DNA from: Sarea resinae
Lineage: Eukaryota
Direction: 5' to 3'
Assembly: GCA_026026165.1 (NCBI GenBank)
Contig: JAPEUD010000035.1
Coordinates: forward strand, 1 to 64,000
Length of the DNA: 64,000 bases
The notes under the pieces were generated by a model. The model saw only the letters and a program-made list of their open reading frames with translations. It was not told the origin of the DNA and ran no database searches. Made by a program: the position numbers and the translations under genes. Of this stretch, positions 36,555-47,233 are shown piece after piece (the first letter of the stretch is position 1; every line of letters starts with the position of its first letter).

Positions 36555-37799
36555 CTAGCTCTTGTCGATCGGGCCCTTCCAGTCGCCGACGTGGCCGGCA
36601 ATGATCTTGGCGGCGCGCTCGGCCGTGTGCTGGCGGCCGATGGCCTCGACGAATTCGCCATTGGGGTCTGAGTAAAGTCCATAAGTTAGCAAAAGTGCAT
36701 CACTCTCCCTTCTTCAAAGTGTCGCTGGAACAGCACACGGCCAAGGGAAAACTGACCCATGAGATAGAAGTAGATACTATGGTCGACTAGATAGTCCTGT
36801 CCGGGCTTCACGTTCGGTGGTGTACTAAAGTACACCCGATAAGCCTTGCACACGGCCTTTGTCTGCTCCCAGGTACCCGTCAGGCCGATGATGTCCGGGT
36901 GGAACTCCTTGAGGTACGCTTTCACGACGGCGGGGGTGTCGCGCGCCGGGTCGCATGTGATGAAGATGGGCTGGAGCACGTTGCCGCATTTTTCTCGCGT
37001 GAGGTCGATCATGTCGGCCATCTTGTCGAGTTCCTCGGGGCAGATGTCCGGGCAGTGCGTGAAGCCAAAGTAGACCTGTAAGAGGGGGGATCAGATGTCG
37101 TTCTTTCAATCTTGCACCCACTTTCTGGTCGGAGCAACGGCGTCACGGAAAACAACACGAGGACACTCACCAGCGCAAATTTGCCCTTCAGATTCTGCTC
37201 CGTAAAAGACTGTCCATTATGATCCACCAACTCAAACGGCCCACCCACTTTGGGCCTTCCGACACCGCTGTTGGCCTCGGCGATCCGCTTTCGTTCCATG
37301 CGTGCTTTCTCCTGGCGGAAATAGATGATCATGCCGACGCCGGCGATGAGGAAAAGGCCGCCTGAGACCCACGAGAAGGGCTGTAGAGATCATATGAATG
37401 GTTAGCCTTCTCTCTGACACCCCAAGGCGCACTGGTGACAATCGTCAAGCGGTGCGCTCGCGCAAGGAAAAGACTCACGCCGGCATTATATCGGGAGCGC
37501 GCTTCGTTGACGGTCTTGTAGTAGGCGGGTGAAGTAGAGGTAAAGGATCGAGCGCCGGCCCTGTTGCAGCCCAGCAGGAGCTCATGAGTCCGATACTGAG
37601 ATCCTACGGCTTGCTGCCGTCCGAGTCGAGCCGTTCGCTGAAGCTTCGGCTGCTGGGGAGCGTTCAGACATCTCGCAGCCGAAAAAGTGCGTCTCGTCGT
37701 TTGGGGGGCGGCCTGGGATATGCATTGGCTGAGGCTCTTGATGCCCCTCGCACCCGAGCGATTGCAGGCTGGGGAAAACGACAGCAGTGGACGAGACAT
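36555..37799 (-). CDS. SCO1: Mitochondrial copper chaperone Sco1, 4 exons
   Basis: Presequence, TM, VGGPFELVDH, YFGFTHCPDICPEELDKM (CxxxC), FITCDPARD, DYLVDHSIYFYLM. Confidence 0.95.
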
Positions 37800-37987
37800 G
37801 TTGTTGGAAGCGTCGACGTTGGTGCATTCATGGGACTGTCATGCACAGGATTCTCTTCCAGAATCTCATCACCGGTGGATGATTCAAGTACCTCCACCAC
37901 TACACGATCCAATCCCTGATGAGGTTAGGCCGGATCTCTGCGATCGATCCGTCATGGAGGGAGCTGGAGTTCTCCGTGGGGTACGGT

Positions 37988-38015
37988 ATCTTACATAAGC
38001 AGCATCTTACATAAG
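37988..38015. promoter_or_regulatory. Direct repeat of ATCTTACATAAG about 190 bp upstream of SCO1
   Basis: Two identical 12-mers at 37988-37999 and 38004-38015; near-palindromic CTTACATAAG core. Confidence 0.45.
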
Positions 38016-38498
38016 GCAGAAGGCCGGAGCGTTGTTTGACCTTCACCGTTCAGTGCTCGGACTATTCCCATAGCCCCCAATCGATGAATGAACGGAATCC
38101 TCCCTTCTTCATTTCTATGAGCCAACTTTTTCTTCTAGAAGTACATCTTCGCTCCTAGCCCTGCCCTGCAAACCCACGCCGTCCAACACTGATCCCTCGC
38201 CCACGGCCGGGACGATGCAAGCATGCAATAAGACATTAGAGAAGACAACTATGACGCTGAAATATATAGAAAGAAAGGAGAATGCGCGGCAGCAAGGTCG
38301 CTCTACAAAACGCCGCGGAATACACCGAAAACAAACAGACAGAGAGGATAGGTGAGACTTGGGTTGCTGCGTTACGCATGCAACCGGAGCGAGTATGAGA
38401 CAGCATAGACGTAAGGCGCAGGTCATGAGCAGCTCCGTGAAGCCAATCGATCATATTCCTATCGGCACATTTCCCGCTCGTCGGAACGGATGGGCAGA

Positions 38499-41159
38499 TC
38501 AGTATGGTCCCCGGCTGGTCTGACTGGCACGACTTGGGCTTGTACGACTTCTCTCGTCTTCTTCCTCCAAGACATCGCTTAGCCTTGTAGGATGATGATG
38601 CCGGGGCACTGCCTCCCAGCCCGGACCAGATCCATAGCCCTCACCGCTATAGTCAACAGGATCGTCAAAGGTAGTGCCATATCCGCCGCTGGGCCCAGCC
38701 GTACCCATCATGCCTTGTCCGTATGGAGCTCCCGAGGCCCCAGGATATTGATGACCGAGAGCTTGCTCATGCTCAAGTTGCTCGCGCACGTCATATTCAT
38801 CGCTTCCTTCCGAGCGTAGGCCACGTTGATAGACGATAGGCCGGCCTTGCGCGTCGCGGCGGACCTCACCACTTGCGTCGTACTCGTACTCTTCCTCGCT
38901 AAAGGTATCTTCTGGCGATTGAATAAACGAGCGATCATCCGCTTCGGACCCCCGTGTTGGTTCCACGCCTTGGAGTGAGGTATCGTGCTGTTGATAGAAT
39001 GGAGCGGCAGAAGATGACTCTGGTGGAGCTTGCGAGTAATGCAGATAGGTTCCTTGAGCTCGCGGTGTAGTGACATCTCGAGTGGGGGAATCAGGGTCTG
39101 CAGCCCTTGGGCCGGTCGGAGTCGCACCAGAGGGGTAAGCGCCTGGGGGAAATGCTGAAGTGTCTGGTTCCTGATGAAGTGGGGGACTTCGAAGATCTCT
39201 TTCTCCTTCAGTGAACGGGTCTGTTTCTGTAGTAGATCGAACATCCGGATCATAAGGATCGTAAGCTTGCTCGCCCCTTACAGGACTCTGACCCATTTCT
39301 TCGCGTGTTCCCATGCCGCCCATGGCGGCAGGTCCTGGGCCACTGCTATATGGGCCCTCTCTGGTAGGTGGTCGGTTTGTGCTCCCATGCCTGCTGGCAC
39401 CGGGTATCATTGGCACGACTTGGACACCTCCCACGAGAGTCGGCTGACCTTCTTTGAGAGATACGGTGCGTTCTCTCTCCTCTTGTTCTCTCCTCCCCAA
39501 CTCTTCCCAGGCTCTTCTTGCTTCTTCCTTGGAGATTTGCAGCTCTCTCCTCATCTCGGCGACCATCTTGTCAGCGGTCGCCTTCTCCTTCTCCATGCGA
39601 GCGGCACTTTGTACAGCCTCCGCGTGAGCTTGGCGCTCCACACGAAGTTTGCTCTCAAGCTCGCCTTGTACTTCCTGAGCTTTCTCTTGGTCGGCTCGAG
39701 TTTCGAAGAACCAGCGTTGGAATTTCCTCTCGGAAGAAGCACGGAGCCGCTGAAGCTCGACAACGGCATGGAATAGATTGGCGCCGGCCGCGGAGAGGTC
39801 GGTAATCTGACGAGACATTTGTTGTGCTAGAGGTTCTCGGCGTACTTCATCGCTATTCTGCTCCAATCGGCGTATCCAGTACGAGGTAAGACCTTCCCAA
39901 TGAGAGGAGAGCTGCTCCCATCGTTCGAAAGCGTGTGGAAAAGATGAAACGGTAGGGTTTCTCTGCTGAGAAGCCCCATTGGAAGCTGCAGGTTGCGTAG
40001 GATGAGACGAGAGAGGAGCAGCAGAGGGTCCAGGTTGAGACTGGGATGTTGGGCCCCCTCCAGAAGCTTGCCTTGTCTGTGTGGGCCTCTGTTGTGAGCT
40101 AGCAGCTGCATTCGGTTGTTGTGGGGGGATGGGTCTTGCTTGAGGTTGAGAGACGGATGCGCCACGAGGTCTGGCCGAGGAAGTCGTAGGACCGCCAGCG
40201 CCAGATGGTATTGTCGGCTCCGGTACCCGTGCAGCTGCAGCCACACTTGGACGACGAGCAGTGTGCCCTTCGGCACCGCTCGCGGCGGCACCAGCAATGC
40301 CAGTAGCGGCAGCCGCCTTCTCAGCACTTCGCCTCCTGGCTTCGTGCGCACGACGCTGTTCCTCTTCCTCCTTCTCTTTTTCTCGTGCCTCACTCTCAGC
40401 TTTCCGCCTCGCTTCCCGAGCTTGTCTTTCTCTCATAATGTCTCTCGGACCCCGAACGCCAGTAACCGGGTATTGAGGCACCGGTACAGGGCCGGCGGCA
40501 GTTCTCGCACCGCCATTGGAAGCACGGCCATTTGCACCAGCAGCGGACGCTCCTCCACCGGCAAGATCTGACATCGAGGCGTTCTCCTCGACGAGATCAG
40601 GGGTGAAAGGAAATGGGGCTCTGATAGCCTCTTCGAGGGCGTATAGGATGGCAGAGTGTGTACGTCGAGAGACTCGAAGAGCACGATGCGGACGCAACGA
40701 AACGCCAGACGCGGTATGTTCGGGAGCGTGTGCTGAAGGTTGCGCAGATGCCCGAGGTGTCGATGATCCTTCCTGGTCGCTGCTCGGCTGAGGAGCTTGC
40801 TGCACGTACTGGGCAAATCTGATGCTCCTGCTCTCTGGAGCGCCGACCGAAGCTGAGCGTTGCCGTCGACCTGCTTGTTCTTCAAGTCTCGGGGTCCTGC
40901 GTAAAGTCTGTGCGGTGCTGCCCGAGGAGCTTGACGGACGAGAGAGGGTCTCAAAGTACTGGCGTGGCTGCAAAGATGTCGTAACAGGGTCGTGAACGTC
41001 GTAGGGCTCGTGAAAACCTTCGCGTGGGTGTCTTCGCGACAGCGTTGGAGCTGTTGAGGTCGACGGAGAAAAGGTGGAAGACAATGTGGAGATTGGTCTA
41101 GGAGACGCGCTCTCTGAGAGCTGCTCTCTTGATGGATCTGAACCAGGCGCGGCGCGCAA
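38499..41159 (-). CDS. Conserved hypothetical coiled-coil protein; first AUG at 40574, open AUG-free extension to TTG 41159
   Basis: 886-codon ORF; ordered core FPHAFERWEQLSSHWEGLTSYWIRRLEQ...SSERKFQRWFFETR, coiled coil, C-terminal RHHHPTRLSDVLEEE. Confidence 0.8.
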   Translation of the reverse strand: MRAAPGSDPSREQLSESASPRPISTLSSTFSPSTSTAPTLSRRHPREGFHEPYDVHDPVTTSLQPRQYFETLSRPSSSSGSTAQTLRRTPRLEEQAGRRQRSASVGAPESRSIRFAQYVQQAPQPSSDQEGSSTPRASAQPSAHAPEHTASGVSLRPHRALRVSRRTHSAILYALEEAIRAPFPFTPDLVEENASMSDLAGGGASAAGANGRASNGGARTAAGPVPVPQYPVTGVRGPRDIMRERQAREARRKAESEAREKEKEEEEQRRAHEARRRSAEKAAAATGIAGAAASGAEGHTARRPSVAAAARVPEPTIPSGAGGPTTSSARPRGASVSQPQARPIPPQQPNAAASSQQRPTQTRQASGGGPTSQSQPGPSAAPLSSHPTQPAASNGASQQRNPTVSSFPHAFERWEQLSSHWEGLTSYWIRRLEQNSDEVRREPLAQQMSRQITDLSAAGANLFHAVVELQRLRASSERKFQRWFFETRADQEKAQEVQGELESKLRVERQAHAEAVQSAARMEKEKATADKMVAEMRRELQISKEEARRAWEELGRREQEERERTVSLKEGQPTLVGGVQVVPMIPGASRHGSTNRPPTREGPYSSGPGPAAMGGMGTREEMGQSPVRGEQAYDPYDPDVRSTTETDPFTEGERDLRSPPLHQEPDTSAFPPGAYPSGATPTGPRAADPDSPTRDVTTPRAQGTYLHYSQAPPESSSAAPFYQQHDTSLQGVEPTRGSEADDRSFIQSPEDTFSEEEYEYDASGEVRRDAQGRPIVYQRGLRSEGSDEYDVREQLEHEQALGHQYPGASGAPYGQGMMGTAGPSGGYGTTFDDPVDYSGEGYGSGPGWEAVPRHHHPTRLSDVLEEEDERSRTSPSRASQTSRGPY

Positions 41160-42395
41160 GGTATGCTGGCTCTAAGTTGGGTCAAGAAACCTAAGCAGAC
41201 ATATCGTGTGAGTGAAATTGATGGGTAGTAAACACAAAGACCGGGTACACTGAGAACCTTTCTGCGGTGAGTTGAGAGTTTGGTGAGGCTGGGGGAATTG
41301 AAGAGGTTGGGCGAATCGACTTTGGTCGACGATGTATTTGAGGTGGCTGGGCGAAACAGAACGAATCTTAACGGACCTGCACGAAATCCAAATAGACTTG
41401 CAATAGAAAAGTATGATTATAACACGAAACGTCTCCCGCTTGAGGAATTACTCCTGCGCAGATGCATCTTAGCTGAGGCGTTGCAGGATCTCGAAGGGTG
41501 ATGATCCAAACCTACCGTGACACACCCAGCGAACCTGCTGAGGCCGCACCGTCTCCTCCAGTTGCGCCAACGATGCGGATGAGGACTGGAGGAGCACGGC
41601 CAATACACAAATGGGTAGCAAAATCCAATTGAACGGTTGGTCTAAGCATGCTAGCTGGCGAACATCTACAGCGCATAGAACGAGAATGTCGAGTCTTTTG
41701 AGGAAGCATGAACGTCAGACCCGCGGTGCACGAACAGATGATGAGGTAACAGATAGGCTTGGCCAAAGGGACCAATTGCACGTTGCTTGAGAAGGCAATG
41801 GACGGCAGACATTGATTGAAGACAGGAGAATGAGGTGAGAAGGAGTGCGTGAAGGGTAAGTGACGATCAATTCAACGTCGGGAAGGACTGCGACATGAAT
41901 AGAGTGCGTGCGTCTGTCAGTCTGTCAGTCAGTCTGGCCGTGTGTCTGTCTGTCTGTCTACTGTGTACGGCTCTAACTGTGTCTGGAGGCCATGGGGGCA
42001 TTAGGCATTGGGGACATCCGGCGCGGATCGTCTACATAGTAGCAGAGGCATAATGGGACCGTAATGAGGGAGGCTGGCCGGCGCTGGCTGGCGCTGGCTG
42101 GCGCTGGCAGGCTGGCAGGCCTACGCCTCTACCGAGTCCATTCAACTCCATCCAAGCCCATCCAACTTACCCGTCTGGGGATCCCAGGAGGCGGCGGCAG
42201 GGAAACGACGAGGGACCACGCCAGGGAAGCGAATTAGCGAGCGGCTTGGGCGAAACCGATGAGTTGGCACTCTCACGACCAGGCGTCGGTCATACCAGGC
42301 GTTCACTAAGGCCGGTCATACATACAGTGGCCATGTCTCCTGTGGGCAAGAAGCCTCTACTATAAGTAGCTGCATGAATTAGGGTACAGAGAATA

Positions 42396-42459
42396 GGGCA
42401 GGGCATGGCAAGGCAGGGCAAGGCAGGGCAAGGCAGGGCAAGGCAGAGCAGGGCAGGGC
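42396..42459. repeat. (GGGCA/AGGCA)n pentanucleotide repeat
   Basis: Directly visible tandem repeat. Confidence 0.8.
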
Positions 42460-45086
42460 ACGTCGACGGACTCGAGGTATCATCAATCATCCATCGATGA
42501 ATTCTCGTTCGTTTGGTCGCGCAACGGAGCTCGAGTCTTCTGGTGAAGCCTCCCCAGCACTCGAGGCACCCGACGGCAGTGTTGCGCGACAAGGGTCTCG
42601 GGCGTCTTTGATTATTTATGATGAAGAGGAATGGCACGGTGACGGCCATGGGGGAAATTAAGGTACGACACTACTTCTCTTGGCCGATGGGATCGCTTGC
42701 CATCTCGTCCCATTTCGGAGGGGACCAGGCGGTGTTGATAGAAGTGACATGTCGTACAGTACGGCTGGTCGCCTGTCGTAGGGTGAGAAGAACCAAAAAT
42801 CAATATTGACCAGACTGGAAGTACATCATGGATGCCACTACAGACTATGCAGTAAGAGTACTCCGTCCGAAGCAGGGAAAAGAACCATGGTGGATCCCGC
42901 GACGGAAGAGCTCGAGAAGAGAAGGACCTCGGACTTGGAAACGAGTGAATTACTTCATACTCGTATATACGTAGTACTATGTACGGGATAGACGACGGAC
43001 TACTACGTAGTACCTCAGATGCCATCTCGAGTCCACGCCTACTGAAGTAGGCTCGGGCTCTCTCATCAGTCGGCATCCTACCTGATACATACCTAGTACA
43101 TAGTACTGCGCGGTACTCGTACTAAAGACGACTAGAGGATGCTAAAGGATACTACTCCGTAGCACTTCAACGATGGGTTCGTGTGCCATGGTTTCCGACA
43201 GATTAGCATCCCGGGCTGGCAAGGTCGGCGTCGAATGCAGACCTGGTAGGCAAGACGGGTGCTCTTGGCTGGCCGCTGCCACGGGCGGCAAGGCGGGACG
43301 ACCCAAAACGGGAGACGGGCTGGCTACCTAGAGAGAGGAAAGCAGTGGAAGCAGACAGGGGATACTCGATCATTCGATCGACCGTCTTCATGCACGATGG
43401 CCATGACTTGCCGTGAGATGTATACGATTATGACCATGGCCTCGCTGGGCAGTCTTCGTCCTCGAATATCATATAGGAGTTGTAGCGTCGAATGTGCGGT
43501 GCGCTACAGAGGACTGACCCTCGAGAAAACTCGTGATAGCTTGCTGCAACGACATACGAACGAATCTCTCCCTACTCCACCATCGGCGCGCCTCATTGCG
43601 AATCTATAGGGAGCCAACAGCGGGGACGGTGGGAGATGGTTCTCGAACATCACGGCGAGACCGTACGAGGTACTTCGTACGGAGTCTGAAGGGGATCAAT
43701 TGATATCTGATGGACTTGGGACCCGCTACTACTTCACACATATGATGCATGCACGGTTTGTACGTGTATTGGATGGATGTGCACTACAGCCTTCAAGTGG
43801 TGGGCAACGGGAATATCTGAGGTCGCGTCGATACGACACCCGACGGGAGAACTCTCGAGGATCCAAATGCGGTCTGCGTACTCGTTACTCGGCCGCGTCA
43901 TGCATCTGGCTGTTCCCTACCTTCTCCTTCTGCTCTTCTGTCACCCGTGGTGATTCCTCCGTCTGTGCTTTCTGCTAACCTTCGAAGCCACAAGCTGCAC
44001 CGCACGATGCAGGTACAAAGCACTGTCCCTAACATATTCGTACATCGAGCCCGAGGCACGATCTTGGATTGCATGGCGAGAAAACTTCTTCTCTCGAGGA
44101 GAGGGCCGTCCGGCATCGATCATCGCTTATGACATCTCACATGTATGCCGGCAAACTACTGTTACGGTGCAGGAAGAGGACGGGAGCACGTTTTCCGTTG
44201 GATCTCTCTCAGGACAGACGCCGTTCTTGAGCTCGCTGGTCGCCGCCATCATCGATGATGAATGAACACCTTTGCTTCCACGGACGGATCAAGTCCAAGT
44301 GCTCTTCCCGGACTGTGGGCTCGGCTTGTTATCTAAAGGGCTGGCGATCGATAGTAGCAACGAGCGGAATCGTCTTTCTTCTAGACATACTGACGTAACG
44401 TAGCACAAGCAGGGGTGCATCCATTTTGATCAGAACCCCAAATCTGGGGCCGCGCAAATGGCCAGCTCAAACATGGGGGCGTCCTCTTTCAATGCGGTTC
44501 GATCGTTCAGAAGCCCAGAAACGGATGCACAACGGTCATTCCCCGGCTCGAAATGCAGAATGGTGGTCAGTGCAGCTACTGGCGGTCGGCCATTGAAAGT
44601 TAGCCCTTGCGTCGATCAGGGCGCCTCCTTTGCACTGACGGATGTCAAGGGTCGGGTACGAAGCTGCTGCTAAGCCAAGCTCCGACTTCTTTCTGTCCTC
44701 GCGCTGTCTTACAATGTCCAATCGAATCTCAGCCCTAGCCTGGACTGGCATGAGGATAAGAAATGTAACCGATTTGGCCAGCAGACCCGACCGACTGGTT
44801 CGCATATTTTGTGCAAGAGAGCTTCTTCGACCGCCCCCCCTCCTCCCCCAAAAGACCTCCACAGTCGGCACCGGTTGGGCATAGCCCTCTTGTTATAAAC
44901 ATGGTATTCGATCTTCTTGATCCGGGTTTTCCCCTCTTAGTAACAGTTTCGTGGGCTTTGTTATTCTATCTGAGTCATCCGTGCAATCGTTGCCGCTGAG
45001 GAGTGCTGCTTATTATTTTCATCATCATCATCATCATCTTTGTTATGCGCCTCTGCTGCGTCCGCTGATCACAGACAAGGCATCAA

Positions 45087-46058
45087 ATGGCCGACAGCTC
45101 TCCTGTCCCATCCTCTCCGCCATGGATACTCTCTGCGCCCGAGGTGGACCAGCCGTTCTTGACAAGGCTACCGGCGGGTCGCAGGAAGAAGACAGGAGGC
45201 CGCTCGTCGCCTCGAGCAGCTTCCAAGCCGATTTGTGAACCCCCTCGGTCGCCTCCTCCGCCGGCACCACCATCATCGCCAGCGACTCCTTCAGATACGT
45301 CAACGTATGCCCATAGCATCCTGTCAGCCCACTGGCGGCCGGACTCGGAAGCCACATTTGCTTTACGGATCAGAACATCGACGAACTCGAGTAGAACCAT
45401 TACTCCAGATGCCTCGCAATCACCATCATCAGCGACATACTCGAAAGGCGCATCACGCTACACGATCGATCCTTACTACACCAGTCCGGAGCGTGAAGGG
45501 AGTCCTCGAGGTGAACAGCCGATGAAAGCGAGCCCAAATGCAAGCTTTCAAGACATGCACATATTTAAAAGGAAAGGCAGAGACGGACATCCAGCCTCGC
45601 ATCACAACTCTGCTGCCGAGGACCTAGTCAACCTAGAAAGAATCGTCACACCTTCGCATGAATTTCGTCCTTATACCAGGGAATCCTCCTTACACATCGC
45701 ACGGCCTCCGACTAGATCTTCGAACGGAATGCTGCCAAACTCCCACGAGACGCGGCCCCATCCACGAAGAAAAGACTCCCTGCCAACGCACAAGTCTAGC
45801 CTTAGCGGATCGACCGTGACAGCTTCCCCACCAAGGTTGACGGTTTGGCCAACTATTACCAATTATCCCTGCCCACGGCCCGCACCTGCACCTCCGCTGC
45901 CTATAGAACGTTCCGTGTTTGAGGACGACGCATCGGTCCGACGTCTGCGTTTTCGTCTACCGAGTTGCTTCGGTGCCAGGAGAAAAGAGCGAGCGAAAGA
46001 GCGGCCTAACCTCTTCGTACGCATATTTGCGTGCGGGTCGCGTTCAAAGAGTCAATAG
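45087..46058 (+). CDS. Ser/Pro-rich hypothetical protein with a basic, Cys-containing C-terminus
   Basis: 323-aa ORF starting at ATG (caaATG context); no recognisable domain. Confidence 0.55.
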   Translation: MADSSPVPSSPPWILSAPEVDQPFLTRLPAGRRKKTGGRSSPRAASKPICEPPRSPPPPAPPSSPATPSDTSTYAHSILSAHWRPDSEATFALRIRTSTNSSRTITPDASQSPSSATYSKGASRYTIDPYYTSPEREGSPRGEQPMKASPNASFQDMHIFKRKGRDGHPASHHNSAAEDLVNLERIVTPSHEFRPYTRESSLHIARPPTRSSNGMLPNSHETRPHPRRKDSLPTHKSSLSGSTVTASPPRLTVWPTITNYPCPRPAPAPPLPIERSVFEDDASVRRLRFRLPSCFGARRKERAKERPNLFVRIFACGSRSKSQ

Positions 46059-47192
46059 TTGGAAGAAATCTTTCTATTTTCGTTCTTTCTTTTAGCAGAC
46101 GGACTGATGTTTACGACCTGCGAATTATATATCTCGGACCAAAGTCTTGGTTCTCGATTTTTCCCTCAATTCCAAAATTACATTTGATCTTGCTCATCCT
46201 GGACTGACATGCGTTGTTTTAGCCTGTCAACAGGGAAGTCATTGTCAGTTTACAGCAATGCAGCTCCGGAATGAAGGGATGACACATTCACGGCTGGTAT
46301 AACATGGCTACCAATGATCCATTCACGACTAAATGTCTTCTTACGATTTAAAGGGCCGGGGCTGGTCTATGTGTGAACGATGGCCGGTGTTTTCCATTTA
46401 CGAATAACGACCTTGGTGACTTTCTTGCTTTTCTCTTGTGAGCGGCGATGATCGCCCGGCGTGGCAGGCGGTGTGATGTTGCTTTCGTTTGTATACCTTT
46501 GTGCGCTCCTCTACTTGGAAAGAGTCGAAAGATGGGACATTGATGGGCCATTGAGGAAGAAGGGAATAAGTTTCGATATTGATAAAAACAGAAAGGACAT
46601 TTCAAGCCGACTGACTACCTGATCATCGTGATAATTCGTCAACTGACTGCTTTTCCGCTTCACCTACCTACCCTTTTGCTCATCTGGCTGCTGCGTAATC
46701 ATCAATCTCCTGCAAAATCATTGGAAACCGACACCATAGAAAAGGGTCCAAAAAGAACCCCCCCCCTCCCCCGGCCCCGGCCCCTACCCCAATAGTGGAC
46801 CAGACAGGCTGGAAGAATCCACCCCGAGACAGAGAGCGCGTACAGCTGACGTCAAAAAAGCAGACGGCGTTTGCATTTGCATTTCATGTCCCTCCTGCAT
46901 ACCCACCCACCCACCCACCCAGCTCCACGGGCCCTGGCACTGACACTGACATCTGCATAGGTGTATCTGTATGCACAAAGTAGCTGCCAATCCTCTAGCA
47001 AGAAAGATGTCTGGATTTGTAGGGGTTTGAAGCAGAGCAACTGCAGCAGTGGCTGCAGCAGTGGGTAGTAGGCGGGCAGTGGGCGGTGCCTCGTATCGCC
47101 TCACATGGTATGGTGTTGTATTGGTATTTTATCGGTATTTTATCGGTATTATAGCGGCGGCACCGTTTACATGGCCTTTCTTTGTGTGTGAT

Positions 47193-47233
47193 TTCTTCTT
47201 CTTCTTCTTCTTCTACTACTACTACTACTACTA
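47193..47233. repeat. (TTC)n(TAC)n compound microsatellite
   Basis: Directly visible. Confidence 0.8.
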
